Part shown: in pieces, positions 9,546-19,093 of the stretch
Numbering within the stretch: position 1 is the first letter of the stretch
How the letters are laid out: each line of letters begins with the position of its first letter
Position numbers and translations under genes: made by a program
Source: a virus
Direction: 5' to 3' (one strand)
IMG/VR virus record: IMGVR_UViG_3300042923_000524
Location: 1-64,000 of that record
Length of the DNA: 64,000 nucleotides
The notes under the pieces: model-generated
The model's input: the letters and a program-made list of their open reading frames with translations, nothing else
What the model was told of the DNA's origin: nothing
Databases searched by the model: none

Positions 9546-11792
9546 TTGGGAGAGACAGTTGAATTTAAGGGAACGGTAGTAGCCAATCCCTACAATTCAG
9601 AAGATTATAAAATATATGGTTTATATGTGGATTATAATAAATATCCAAATATAAAAGTTAATAAATATGGTAATGTATCAATTGCAGGAAACATACATAA
9701 CCTTGAAGACGGAGTAGAATATAGCATAAAAGCCACAGAAGAATCAGGTAAGTATGGTATAACTTATAAGATAAACAATATAAAAATGGATAAACCAAAA
9801 AACGAAACATCTGTAAGATTATTTTTATCTCAAATATTAGATAGTCAACAACAAGTAGAAGAAATCATGCGTGAATATCCAGACATAATTGATAGAGTTA
9901 TTAATAATAGGCTGAAAGATGTTAATTTAAAAAAGCTCTATAATATTGGAGAGTTTAGATTTAATGTAATAAAAAGAAGAATTTTTGAGAACTTTGCATT
10001 AGCCGAATTGGTGGATGAGTTTAAAGGCTACATAGAATTTAAAATACTAAAGGTTTTATATGATAAGTATAACTCTATTGAGAGACTTAAAGAAGTGCTA
10101 GTTGACAATCCATATAAATGTCTATGTGGATTGTCACGCATAGCCTTCAAAACAGCAGATAAGATATTATTAGAGTTTAATGATGAATGTAAAAGAATGA
10201 TTGGTTTAGGTGAGAAACCACCTATAGATTTTACTGTTGATTTATTAACTTCACCACAAAGGCAAAAAGCAGCTATAATGTTTCTTTTAGAAGAGAACGA
10301 GAATAATGGCAATACAAGAATAGATATTAAAGAGTTAAGAAAACAATCAGAAACATTAGCTAATAAATGTATAGAACACTTTGTGGATATAATTAAAAAT
10401 GATGAAGATATTTATTTTGATAAAAAGTCTATGACCGTAGCCTTACAAGAAACTTTTGATACTGAGAAATACATAGCAGATAGAATTATAGAAGGCTTAA
10501 AAATAGAAAACAAATGGGAAATAAAAGAAAAAGACTATAGTAGATTAGATGATATAACTCTTACAGACCAACAAATAAAAGTTTTACCAATGGTTTGTAA
10601 TTCAAATATAAGCATTCTTAATGGTTTTGGAGGCTCTGGTAAGACTCAAACTACCAAAGCATTGATAAATATGTTAAAAGAAAATGAAAAATCATTCATA
10701 TTACTATCTCCAACAGGCAGAGCAGCAAAAGTTTTATCAGAATATACCAAAGAACGTGCCTCAACAATACATAGGGGTTTAGCTTATAATCCTTCTATGG
10801 GATGGGGTTATAATGAAGGTTGTCCATTGCCTTATGATATAGTAATAGTAGATGAATGTTCAATGATAGATGTTTTCTTAATGAGAAGATTAATTGAAGC
10901 AATAAATTTTACTAAAACAAAATTAATTATGATAGGAGATTCGGCACAGATACCATCTGTTAGTGCAGGTAATGTTTTCTTTGATTTAATAAACTCAAAA
11001 TTAACACCTATTGTTTCACTTACTCAAATATTTAGATATGGTGAAGGTGGAATATTAACTGTAGCCACTAAAACTAGAAATAGTGAGAAGTTTTTAGAAG
11101 ATTCAAGTCAACCACAATTCTTTGGTACGGATAAGGGATATATGTTTATAGCCACCCCTCAAGAAAAAGTAATAAGTAATGTGGTTGCTTTATATAAAAA
11201 GTTATTAACTAAGTATTCCAAAGAAGATATTTTAATATTATCATCTTATAATATTGGAGAGTATGGTACAGTAAATATCAATAAGTACTTACAACCTATA
11301 TCAAATCCAAATGTGTTAAAAGGTACTTATATTGAGATGGGTGACACTAAATTCTATGAAGATGATATGGTAATACAAACAGTAAATAATTATAAGGCAG
11401 TTAAATATAATTCTGATTTCTGCAATGAAGATGATACTACATTTATACCAAATGGAGAAATAGGTAAGATAATAAAAATTAGTTATAATCAAGTTATTAT
11501 TAAATTTGATGAAGAAGTTGTTTATACTAAAGCAGAATTAACACAAGTAAAATTGGCATATAGTATTAGCACATATAAAGCACAGGGCGGTCAAGCAAAA
11601 GTAGCAATTATTATAACACCAAAAGCTCACACTTTTATGTTAAATAGTAATCTAATATATGTAGCACAAACTAGAGCAAAGGAAAAGGTTTTTCATTTTG
11701 GAGAGGTGGAGACAGTAAACAGAGCTATAAAAAAGAAGGCTGATTTTAATAGAGAAACATATTTACTAGATTTGCTTAAAATAAACCATTAA
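9546..11792 (+). CDS. recD2: RecD2-like SF1B helicase
   Basis: GFGGSGKT, IVDECSM, IGDSAQIPSV, LAYSISTYKAQG, IYVAQTRA; N-terminal OB/HhH region. Confidence 0.9.
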   Translation: MGETVEFKGTVVANPYNSEDYKIYGLYVDYNKYPNIKVNKYGNVSIAGNIHNLEDGVEYSIKATEESGKYGITYKINNIKMDKPKNETSVRLFLSQILDSQQQVEEIMREYPDIIDRVINNRLKDVNLKKLYNIGEFRFNVIKRRIFENFALAELVDEFKGYIEFKILKVLYDKYNSIERLKEVLVDNPYKCLCGLSRIAFKTADKILLEFNDECKRMIGLGEKPPIDFTVDLLTSPQRQKAAIMFLLEENENNGNTRIDIKELRKQSETLANKCIEHFVDIIKNDEDIYFDKKSMTVALQETFDTEKYIADRIIEGLKIENKWEIKEKDYSRLDDITLTDQQIKVLPMVCNSNISILNGFGGSGKTQTTKALINMLKENEKSFILLSPTGRAAKVLSEYTKERASTIHRGLAYNPSMGWGYNEGCPLPYDIVIVDECSMIDVFLMRRLIEAINFTKTKLIMIGDSAQIPSVSAGNVFFDLINSKLTPIVSLTQIFRYGEGGILTVATKTRNSEKFLEDSSQPQFFGTDKGYMFIATPQEKVISNVVALYKKLLTKYSKEDILILSSYNIGEYGTVNINKYLQPISNPNVLKGTYIEMGDTKFYEDDMVIQTVNNYKAVKYNSDFCNEDDTTFIPNGEIGKIIKISYNQVIIKFDEEVVYTKAELTQVKLAYSISTYKAQGGQAKVAIIITPKAHTFMLNSNLIYVAQTRAKEKVFHFGEVETVNRAIKKKADFNRETYLLDLLKINH

Positions 11793-11820
11793 CAAATATA
11801 AAACTAAATAAAAATATCAC

Positions 11821-11848
11821 TTGACAAATGATTCCAAGGTGCTATAAT
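11821..11848 (+). promoter_or_regulatory. Strong sigma-A promoter heading the accessory array
   Basis: TTGACA-16bp-TATAAT with extended TGn -10. Confidence 0.85.
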
Positions 11849-11852
11849 TAAA

Positions 11853-11887
11853 GGGAGTAGAGATATAAAATCTTTATTCCCTATTTT
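11853..11887 (+). terminator. Leader hairpin / possible attenuator directly after the promoter
   Basis: GGGAGTAGAGAT-ataaa-ATCTTTATTCCC (G-U pairs) followed by TATTTT. Confidence 0.45.
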
Positions 11888-11966
11888 AATCTAAATGAAA
11901 ATAGTATTTTGAGGACATTTATAAAAAGTTATTAATAATAAATATAAAATTAAAGGAGGTAAAATA

Positions 11967-12149
11967 TTGAGTAATATTATTACTAGAAGTTATTCTGGAG
12001 CAAGAGACTTATATAATGGAATACCAAATTTAAAAAATTCAACTGTAGTTGATGTAATTTATGAAAAAGACTCGGAAGATTATAAAACAATTTTAATATT
12101 TAAAGATGTAAAAGGAAACGAACATTCAATTATTATTAAGCAAGCATAG
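11967..12149 (+). CDS. Hypothetical protein (60 aa)
   Basis: AAGGAGGT RBS, TTG start. Confidence 0.65.
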   Translation: MSNIITRSYSGARDLYNGIPNLKNSTVVDVIYEKDSEDYKTILIFKDVKGNEHSIIIKQA

Positions 12150-12169
12150 TAAAAAGGAGAAATTAAACA

Positions 12170-12331
12170 ATGAATAATAATAATAAACTCACAAACGCAG
12201 GGGATTATTTCACAGACTACGAAAAATCATTAAAAGGATTTAAACTATTTAAATGGAGAGTTTGGTGCTTCTTTGATGATATTCATGTTTGGATAGTTTG
12301 TAAGTGGTATAAGATTAGAGGTGAAAAGTAA
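12170..12331 (+). CDS. Hypothetical protein (53 aa, not in ORF track)
   Basis: AAGGAG RBS; MNNNNKLTNAGDYFTDYEKS...KIRGEK. Confidence 0.6.
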   Translation: MNNNNKLTNAGDYFTDYEKSLKGFKLFKWRVWCFFDDIHVWIVCKWYKIRGEK

Positions 12332-12332
12332 A

Positions 12333-12497
12333 TTGGCAAAAGGATATATCTGCGAAGATTGTAAAGAAGAATATTATTATGAAGATGAAATGACATTCTT
12401 AGATTGTGACGATAGTGAAATAATTATGAGTGAAGATAATTGGATTATACCAAGTAAGATAGTGTGTAATATTTGTTACAATGAAGAATCACAATAG
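12333..12497 (+). CDS. Small CxxC/CxxC zinc-binding protein (54 aa, not in ORF track)
   Basis: GAGGTG RBS, TTG start; CEDC...CNIC. Confidence 0.65.
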   Translation: MAKGYICEDCKEEYYYEDEMTFLDCDDSEIIMSEDNWIIPSKIVCNICYNEESQ

Positions 12498-12539
12498 TAT
12501 TTACATTCTATCTAAAGTTAAAGAAAGGAGGATATAAAT

Positions 12540-12761
12540 ATGGAAGTTTTAAAATCAATCGGAGAAGTATTGTGGAAACATTTTAAAATTGCAATAGAAG
12601 GTTTAATATTTATTATACTAGCTGTATTAATATTATTTTTACCAATATTTATATTGTGTAGTTTTATGACTAATCCAGTATTGATACTAATAATAGGAAT
12701 TTCAATAGGTTTAATATTAATGATAATGTTTGTTAATATTGTAGTAGAATATAGAAATTAA
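12540..12761 (+). CDS. Small membrane protein (2 TM)
   Basis: AAGGAGG RBS; two long hydrophobic stretches. Confidence 0.65.
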   Translation: MEVLKSIGEVLWKHFKIAIEGLIFIILAVLILFLPIFILCSFMTNPVLILIIGISIGLILMIMFVNIVVEYRN

Positions 12762-12783
12762 TAAGAAAGGAGGAAAAGCAACA

Positions 12784-12957
12784 ATGTTAAAAATAGAACA
12801 GTTAAATAAAATCAATACATATTTATGTTATTTAGCACATGGTTTAGATGACAATAAGCTTACTAAAGAAGCCAATAAAGAAATTATGGATTTAGGATGT
12901 AAATGCTTAGATATGATAGATGAACTTAACAAAATTAAAGAATTTACTGAGAGGTAG
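12784..12957 (+). CDS. Hypothetical protein (57 aa, not in ORF track)
   Basis: AAAGGAGG RBS; MLKIEQLNKINTYLCY... Confidence 0.6.
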   Translation: MLKIEQLNKINTYLCYLAHGLDDNKLTKEANKEIMDLGCKCLDMIDELNKIKEFTER

Positions 12958-12969
12958 AAAGGAGTAAAA

Positions 12970-13227
12970 ATGGATATTAAAAAGTATGGTAAAGAAGTTA
13001 TTGAATATATAAAAAGTTTATCGGATGAAGAATTTAGTCAATTATTAATAGAAGCAGGAATAGAGAAATGTCCTTATGAAAAAACCGACACGAAAGAATA
13101 TGACAAAGTTATGGAAAGACTTTACAACCAAGAAATAGTTGATATAGACAATGCTATAAACACATTAAAAAGAACAGTAAATAAGGAAGAATTAGAAGAA
13201 AAGTATAGTAAATTTATATCAAAATAA
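12970..13227 (+). CDS. Hypothetical protein (85 aa)
   Basis: AAGGAG RBS; stop codon lies in the 13225 site. Confidence 0.65.
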   Translation: MDIKKYGKEVIEYIKSLSDEEFSQLLIEAGIEKCPYEKTDTKEYDKVMERLYNQEIVDIDNAINTLKRTVNKEELEEKYSKFISK

Positions 13228-13258
13228 CCATGAAATAAATCTTTGGAGGAAATTAAAA

Positions 13259-13420
13259 ATGTTTAAAACTTTATTTTGTAAACATAGGTGGTTAGCAGAC
13301 GAAGCTAATCCATACAGTGATAAAAAATATTCTTGTCAATGCTCAAAATGTCTAAAATTAAAATTTATAAAGGGTAAGAAGATACCTAAAGAAAATATAC
13401 TCGATATAACATTTCTTTAA
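13259..13420 (+). CDS. Small CxH...CxxC protein (53 aa, DUF1660-like, not in ORF track)
   Basis: GGAGG RBS; MFKTLFCKHRW...CQCSKC; bounded by sites 13225 and 13412. Confidence 0.65.
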   Translation: MFKTLFCKHRWLADEANPYSDKKYSCQCSKCLKLKFIKGKKIPKENILDITFL

Positions 13421-13464
13421 AACCTTTGTTTCAAAGACAAATATAAAATAATAGGAGGAATTGA

Positions 13465-14124
13465 ATGATATATTTAATTAGTGATATACATGGAGAATAT
13501 GATTTATTTATAAAATTATTAGAACAAATCAATTTCAACACAAAAGAAGATAAGTTATATATTATAGGAGATGTGGTTGATAGAGGAAAAGATTCAATTA
13601 AAGCACTACAATATATTTATGGAAATCAAGATAGTATGATATTACTAAAAGGCAATCATGAAGATATGATGATAAATGCTTTTAAGTATTACGACAATTA
13701 TCATTGGTTTAGCAATGGAGGAAAAGTAACTTTTGATGAGTATATGAATTTATCTAAAACAGAACAAAATAAGATTTTAAAATACATAAATGAATTACCA
13801 TGTTTATTACAGATTCAAGTTGATAATAAAAAATACATATTATCTCATGCAGGAATTCAAACAGACCATAATGGTAATATAATAGAAACACAAGACCAAG
13901 ATTTTATGTTGTGGTCAAGAGAAGAATTTCTCAACGATACAGAAATTTCAAATGATGTTATGGTAGTAGTGGGTCATACCCCTACAGTATATTTACATAA
14001 AAGTGCTTTGATATGGCATAGTGAATGTGGTAAGAAAATTTGTATAGACTGTGGAGCAGTATTTGGTTATAAACTAGCGTGTTTAAGGCTTGATGATATG
14101 AAAGAATTTTATGTATCTAAATGA
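13465..14124 (+). CDS. Metallophosphoesterase (PphA/NinI-like Ser/Thr phosphatase family)
   Basis: SDIHG, IGDVVDRG, LKGNHE, HAG, GHTPT, IDCG. Confidence 0.9.
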   Translation: MIYLISDIHGEYDLFIKLLEQINFNTKEDKLYIIGDVVDRGKDSIKALQYIYGNQDSMILLKGNHEDMMINAFKYYDNYHWFSNGGKVTFDEYMNLSKTEQNKILKYINELPCLLQIQVDNKKYILSHAGIQTDHNGNIIETQDQDFMLWSREEFLNDTEISNDVMVVVGHTPTVYLHKSALIWHSECGKKICIDCGAVFGYKLACLRLDDMKEFYVSK

Positions 14125-14232
14125 CATAAAAAACACCTAATACTAACAGTCTACCCACTATAAAATAATGGCTTAAAACAGCTTTAAATCACATGTAATA
14201 ATAGGTAAAAATAAATGATAAGGAGAAATGAA

Positions 14233-14607
14233 ATGGTTAAATTATGGTTTCAACATGAAATACCAAAAGGTTATCAAGAGACTCTAAAAATGAACAATAT
14301 AGATATAAATGATGTTAAATACATAGTAGAAGCAGATAGTGGTGCTGGTGAAATAGCAAAGCAACTAGGAAGTGTAAAAGCAATATCAACTATAACTGAA
14401 CATTGGTTACATGTTGTATATGAAAAACAAAATGATATTACTATTGAAGAATTAGACTTTTCAGTAATGGTTTATAATTCTTTGAAGAGAAATGGAATTA
14501 ATTATAAATCAGAAATAGAACAAATGACAGAAAAAGATATACTTAAAATAAGGAATATGGATACAAGAAGATTATTAGAAATTAAAGAAAAAGTAAACAT
14601 TCAATAA
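14233..14607 (+). CDS. Protein with C-terminal RNA polymerase alpha-CTD-like domain
   Basis: IEELDFSVMVYNSLKRNGINYKSEIEQMTEKDILKIRNM aligns by eye with alpha-CTD IEELxLSVRSYNCLKRAGI...LLKVRNLG; RBS AAGGAG at 14220. Confidence 0.7.
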   Translation: MVKLWFQHEIPKGYQETLKMNNIDINDVKYIVEADSGAGEIAKQLGSVKAISTITEHWLHVVYEKQNDITIEELDFSVMVYNSLKRNGINYKSEIEQMTEKDILKIRNMDTRRLLEIKEKVNIQ

Positions 14608-14642
14608 AAGCATTATTTGCTTGAAACAGAAAGGAGAATTTA

Positions 14643-14954
14643 ATGAAAGAGATTTTATGTTATCAGTGTGAAATATGTGGTGAAGTACATACCAATAAAA
14701 ATGAAGCATTAAAATGTGAGGGAATTGGTAAACAAGAACCACTTGCTAAAGTAGGAGACTTAATAAACTATAATTACAATGTTAGTGGATTTGAATGTGT
14801 TGGTACTATCAAAGTTAGTAAAATAATACAAGAAGGACATTTTATTAAATATAAAATCAAATCCCAAGATTACGAAGGTAGATGGATTAATGGGTTTTAT
14901 GGAACTGAGTATATTTGGGGTAATAATGAATTTATAAGAAGAACAACTCAATGA
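14643..14954 (+). CDS. Hypothetical protein with CxxC (103 aa)
   Basis: AAAGGAG RBS; YQCEICG...ALKCE. Confidence 0.65.
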   Translation: MKEILCYQCEICGEVHTNKNEALKCEGIGKQEPLAKVGDLINYNYNVSGFECVGTIKVSKIIQEGHFIKYKIKSQDYEGRWINGFYGTEYIWGNNEFIRRTTQ

Positions 14955-14999
14955 CCTCAAAATGGAAATTCTAACGAAATGAAAGGAGAAAAGTAATAT

Positions 15000-15188
15000 A
15001 TGAAAATTATAAGAAATCAATTTGGAATTGCTAAATTTAAAGTTGAAAATGAAGAGGAACGTAATATAGTTAATAGTTATTTAAAATTGTTAGAAACGGC
15101 ACTAAATGATAATGATGGGGATATTGATTATTATATGTGTTGGGATAGTATTCAAAATGATATATTTTATCATTCAAGTTCTGAATAA
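15000..15188 (+). CDS. Hypothetical protein (62 aa)
   Basis: AAAGGAG RBS; single ORF between two sites. Confidence 0.65.
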   Translation: MKIIRNQFGIAKFKVENEEERNIVNSYLKLLETALNDNDGDIDYYMCWDSIQNDIFYHSSSE

Positions 15189-15241
15189 ATCTCAACTGAA
15201 TCAATGTTTCATTTAGATATTAATTAAGAAAGGATGATAAA

Positions 15242-15466
15242 ATGAAAAAACACAACATACAACTAGGTTACAAAGATTTACTTGCGATTAAACATAGCCT
15301 TAAAAGAACAATCAAAGCAAAGAATTTTACACTATTAAACTATAATGAATCTGGTCTACATATTAAAGAAATAGAACAATATAAAGCAGACATAGAGCAT
15401 GAAACTAAACTACTAGAAAGAATTACAGAAAAAATTAATTATATTAAAGACTTATATAAAATTTAG
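15242..15466 (+). CDS. Hypothetical protein (74 aa)
   Basis: AAAGGA RBS. Confidence 0.6.
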   Translation: MKKHNIQLGYKDLLAIKHSLKRTIKAKNFTLLNYNESGLHIKEIEQYKADIEHETKLLERITEKINYIKDLYKI

Positions 15467-15494
15467 TGCATATAATGTAAAAGGAGGAATGGAA

Positions 15495-15638
15495 TTGTTA
15501 GAATGTACATATTGTAAAACGCAACTTCTATATCAATATAAATTATCTAAAACAGAAGAATTGTATCAATGTCCAGAATGTAAGAGAGAGTTCATGTATG
15601 ATGCTGAAGATAATTATTTTAGTGAGTTGGAAGATTAA
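15495..15638 (+). CDS. Zinc-ribbon miniprotein (47 aa, not in ORF track)
   Basis: AAGGAGG RBS; (M)LECTYCK...YQCPECKREF. Confidence 0.65.
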   Translation: MLECTYCKTQLLYQYKLSKTEELYQCPECKREFMYDAEDNYFSELED

Positions 15639-15676
15639 ATAACCATAAAAACAATATTTGGTCGAAAGGAGAAGTT

Positions 15677-15949
15677 ATGTTTAGATTAGAAGAAGGTAGA
15701 GAAAAGAAAGGTGGAGTAAACCCACCACCTACAACACCCAAACCAAACTTTCATCCACCTGCTCAAAAGTCTAATAATTATTTTAAATTGTCAGATATTG
15801 AAAGTTGTGCAATGTCAAAAGAAGAAATGTGGAAAACATTAAATGGTAAAACAGTAAAGTGTATACATACTCAAGATGGTGATTTTCATATGTTTGCAGT
15901 GCAAGATTTAGAGTCTAAAAAAGTATATATGCTTGATAATTCAAGATAA
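15677..15949 (+). CDS. Hypothetical protein with Pro-rich N-terminus (90 aa)
   Basis: AAAGGAG RBS; KKGGVNPPPTTPKP. Confidence 0.65.
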   Translation: MFRLEEGREKKGGVNPPPTTPKPNFHPPAQKSNNYFKLSDIESCAMSKEEMWKTLNGKTVKCIHTQDGDFHMFAVQDLESKKVYMLDNSR

Positions 15950-15977
15950 AATTGTTGTTTGGATGAAAGGAGAAACA

Positions 15978-16136
15978 ATGGAAGGATGTAAGGGATATTC
16001 ATATTGGACTGATAATGGAACGGAATATGATTGTGAATATGAGTTTGCAGGAGATATAGATTGTGGAGATTGTATCTTTAACGTTTATGGAGGTACACAA
16101 GACCCTAGAATAAATAACTATGAAAATGAAGAATAG
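15978..16136 (+). CDS. Cys-containing miniprotein (52 aa)
   Basis: Start moved to ATG 15978 after the AAAGGAG that follows site 15941; CKG...YDCEY...CGDC. Confidence 0.6.
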   Translation: MEGCKGYSYWTDNGTEYDCEYEFAGDIDCGDCIFNVYGGTQDPRINNYENEE

Positions 16137-16228
16137 TTCAAGTGCTACAACCATTGTAATTGCTTGATTGTAGAAATGAAATATTTTGATGAAATGAGAC
16201 CTTTATCTAGATATGAAAGGAGATTATT

Positions 16229-16411
16229 ATGTTAAAAATCGAATGTAATTGTGGTCAAAAGGGTTACTTAGAATATATGTATGATGAAAATGATATGATT
16301 ACTTTATCATTAGACATTGACACTATGAACGTTAATTATAGTGAATATTCTGGATTGCAGTTTAAGTGTCCTAAATGTAAAAAAACTTATGATATTATAA
16401 GAGTTCAATAA
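16229..16411 (+). CDS. Zinc-ribbon miniprotein (60 aa)
   Basis: CNCG...CPKC; AAAGGAG RBS. Confidence 0.65.
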   Translation: MLKIECNCGQKGYLEYMYDENDMITLSLDIDTMNVNYSEYSGLQFKCPKCKKTYDIIRVQ

Positions 16412-16450
16412 GTTTCATCAGAAACTAGATTTTATTGAAAGGAGAGAAAC

Positions 16451-16603
16451 ATGTTAAAAATATTAATACTTAATAATCAAAAGGAAGATGGAAGATTTGT
16501 AATATTAGGTTTTGAAATATTTGGTTGGGGATTCGGATTAGGTGCATCCACAGGAAAATATTTAGATACTTTTGCAATAGGTATTGTGACTTATATATTA
16601 TAA
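16451..16603 (+). CDS. Hydrophobic miniprotein (50 aa, not in ORF track)
   Basis: AAAGGAG RBS directly after site 16413; MLKILILNNQKEDGRFVILGFEIFGWGFGLG. Confidence 0.55.
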   Translation: MLKILILNNQKEDGRFVILGFEIFGWGFGLGASTGKYLDTFAIGIVTYIL

Positions 16604-16640
16604 ACAATATAAAATTAATAAATAGGAAGTGATGTTTAAA

Positions 16641-17021
16641 ATGACGGAATGGAGAAAATTGACATCACGAATGACTAAGTGGGAAGTAAAATACCTACAG
16701 GAATTAATAAATAATAACAAGTTTGATTATACTTATTACTCATACATAAGGTTGAATGAACGTGAAATACCAGAAACATCAGTTGAAAAGACAATTAAAT
16801 ATGGAAACATAATAGAGTTCCATTACAAAGATGGGGATGCTAGAGTGTTATTGAGGGGTAGGTCAAATGTAGATGGATATTCTATCTGTGTTGTTTTGAG
16901 CCTAAGTAAGAAACAAATTATTACAATCTACAAGAATGAGTTTATGGATAACCACGATACATTACACAATGAGATTTATAATAATAAAATAGATATAATG
17001 AAATATATAAAAGTAAGTTAA
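16641..17021 (+). CDS. DUF4258-like (BrnT/RelE-fold) protein
   Basis: YSYIRLNEREI...IKYGNIIE...RVLLR...ICVV...IITIYKN pattern. Confidence 0.55.
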   Translation: MTEWRKLTSRMTKWEVKYLQELINNNKFDYTYYSYIRLNEREIPETSVEKTIKYGNIIEFHYKDGDARVLLRGRSNVDGYSICVVLSLSKKQIITIYKNEFMDNHDTLHNEIYNNKIDIMKYIKVS

Positions 17022-17032
17022 GGAGGAAGGAA

Positions 17033-17392
17033 ATGAATAATAGAAAACAAAAAGTATTTAGTATGTTAGATTCACTTACTAAAAAGGAAATCTATGATTA
17101 CATAAAGGAACGAAATATAATAGCAAAAGGCATGAAAGAAGATTTAAGTAGGATTGCTAAAACAAAACAACCATCTCATTTTGAAACTTTATCAAATAAT
17201 ATTACTGGTAATCTAAATGAGATTCTGAGTAATCATTATAGATTAGGCGAAGCTTACATAGTCGCTTTTGTACTAGAGTGTTTTTATGACAATAAATATA
17301 AAATAAAAGATTTACAATGGTACTTAAAAGAAATGATAAAAGCAGATGAAACATTAAAAGAATATGTTTATGAAATAATGAAAGATTTTTAA
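17033..17392 (+). CDS. Hypothetical protein (119 aa)
   Basis: AAGGAGG RBS. Confidence 0.6.
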   Translation: MNNRKQKVFSMLDSLTKKEIYDYIKERNIIAKGMKEDLSRIAKTKQPSHFETLSNNITGNLNEILSNHYRLGEAYIVAFVLECFYDNKYKIKDLQWYLKEMIKADETLKEYVYEIMKDF

Positions 17393-17438
17393 GTTTTAAT
17401 AGAATTAGATTTCTATTGAGATATTGAAAGGAGAAAGT

Positions 17439-17663
17439 ATGTTTGAAAAGAATCCTAAATATACAATGAAAAATTTTCATCAATTAGTTAATCAAGAAAT
17501 CATTACAGTTGAATTAACAAAAGATGAATTACATTGTTTACAAAACTTTCTAGATGAATATGTAAGTATGTTTAAAAGACCCTCCTTGCAACTAGGAACA
17601 CACAAAGATGTTATAAATGCGTTATATAAGCTAGGTATGGTTAATGTAAAAGATATTGTTTAA
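17439..17663 (+). CDS. Hypothetical protein (74 aa)
   Basis: AAAGGAG RBS; start moved to ATG 17439. Confidence 0.6.
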   Translation: MFEKNPKYTMKNFHQLVNQEIITVELTKDELHCLQNFLDEYVSMFKRPSLQLGTHKDVINALYKLGMVNVKDIV

Positions 17664-17711
17664 TATGTAAATAAAATATAACTTTGATTGAATTATTAGA
17701 AAGGAGGATTT

Positions 17712-17942
17712 ATGGATAAATTACAGCAGGTAGAAAATGAATTAATCATATTACAAAGCGAAATTAAAAAATTAAAAAGTAAAGAAGATATCTTGCTAAA
17801 AGAAAGAAGAACAATTATTCAATCTAATTGTAAACATGAATTTGAATGGACTGGTTATTGTGAGGATGATTTAGAAAATAATATTATAGAATATCAAATG
17901 GAGTGTAAAAAATGTTATTTAATTGAATGGGATAAAGTTTAA
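17712..17942 (+). CDS. Coiled-coil plus CxH/CxxC protein (76 aa)
   Basis: CKHEFE...ECKKC; AAAGGAGG RBS. Confidence 0.65.
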   Translation: MDKLQQVENELIILQSEIKKLKSKEDILLKERRTIIQSNCKHEFEWTGYCEDDLENNIIEYQMECKKCYLIEWDKV

Positions 17943-17996
17943 ACCGAATTTAGCTTTGATTAAAATACATTTAATAAAGAAAGGTAGGAACTATAT

Positions 17997-18212
17997 TTGT
18001 TTTATGTAATAAGTAAGAATCCAGAATCAATATTTGAAGAAGAAGGTAAAATTAGAACTGCTAAAAAAGTATATTCAATACAATATAAACATGGTTATCC
18101 ATTTTTCACTTTTTATGAAAAAGGTCAATGGATAATTAGAAGTGCTAAACATTATATACCTATAGATGAAAATAGAATTAGATGTGGGCATGTATATTTA
18201 GATAAAATGTAG
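17997..18212 (+). CDS. Hypothetical protein (71 aa)
   Basis: AAAGGTAGG RBS, TTG start; stop codon lies in site 18197. Confidence 0.6.
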   Translation: MFYVISKNPESIFEEEGKIRTAKKVYSIQYKHGYPFFTFYEKGQWIIRSAKHYIPIDENRIRCGHVYLDKM

Positions 18213-18234
18213 TTTCTATTGAAAGGAGATTTTT

Positions 18235-18483
18235 ATGAAAATAAAAACTAAATCAGGTAAAGTTTATGAGCTTACAGACATAAGAGAAAAGACATCAAAA
18301 GAATTTTACGCTTATTGGAATGATTATTATATAGGGATAACTAAAGAAAAACCTATAAATAAAGGTGATAAAAGATGGTATATTCAATGTACTCACCCAG
18401 ACGGATGTTATATCTATGATGGTTATTTTTATGGAACATTTACCGAAGCACTAAAAGATGTATTTTGGAACATTGAACTTTAA
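18235..18483 (+). CDS. Hypothetical protein (82 aa)
   Basis: AAAGGAG RBS. Confidence 0.65.
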   Translation: MKIKTKSGKVYELTDIREKTSKEFYAYWNDYYIGITKEKPINKGDKRWYIQCTHPDGCYIYDGYFYGTFTEALKDVFWNIEL

Positions 18484-18517
18484 ATTGAATTAAGATTTCA
18501 AAGAAAGGAGAATTATA

Positions 18518-18808
18518 TTGAGAGAATTAAGAGATGGTGAACCATGTAGTCATAAGGGATGTTTGCATCATATTTCTCATCCATGTGAAGGCTGTGGTAG
18601 AATTGCAGGAAAATATACTTTAGAATCAGCTATAGAATCATATAAGTTTGGATTTGCAGTTACATATGATGGAGATAACCATGAAATAAAATATGGCACA
18701 AAATGTAATCATTGTGGTAAATATTTTGAATCTTATAGTTTAGATATATATTGTTTAGATTGCTGTATTCAATATATAGCTAATTTAAAATCAGTAACAA
18801 GACTATAA
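18518..18808 (+). CDS. Cys/His-rich protein (96 aa)
   Basis: GEPCSHKGCLHHISHPCEGCG...CNHC...CLDC. Confidence 0.65.
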   Translation: MRELRDGEPCSHKGCLHHISHPCEGCGRIAGKYTLESAIESYKFGFAVTYDGDNHEIKYGTKCNHCGKYFESYSLDIYCLDCCIQYIANLKSVTRL

Positions 18809-18841
18809 AAGAATCATTTGCTTGAAAGTTAAGGAGGATTT

Positions 18842-19093
18842 ATGGAAGTTAAAAGACCTACTTATGATAGACCAGAAGAAAATTTAAAACCAACAAAAGT
18901 TGAATTTTGGACTTATGGTTGTCAAAATGGTACAATTCAAATTTGGTTTGATAAAGGCACTAGATATATAGAAATTGGTGATAAAGATTTTGAATGTATG
19001 AGAAGTTGGGTTGATATGGATAAAAAGATGAAAATATACGAAGAAATTCAAAAATCCAAAACGCTACAACCATTGGAAACACTAGGTTCTTAA
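18842..19093 (+). CDS. Hypothetical protein (83 aa)
   Basis: AAGGAGG RBS. Confidence 0.65.
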   Translation: MEVKRPTYDRPEENLKPTKVEFWTYGCQNGTIQIWFDKGTRYIEIGDKDFECMRSWVDMDKKMKIYEEIQKSKTLQPLETLGS

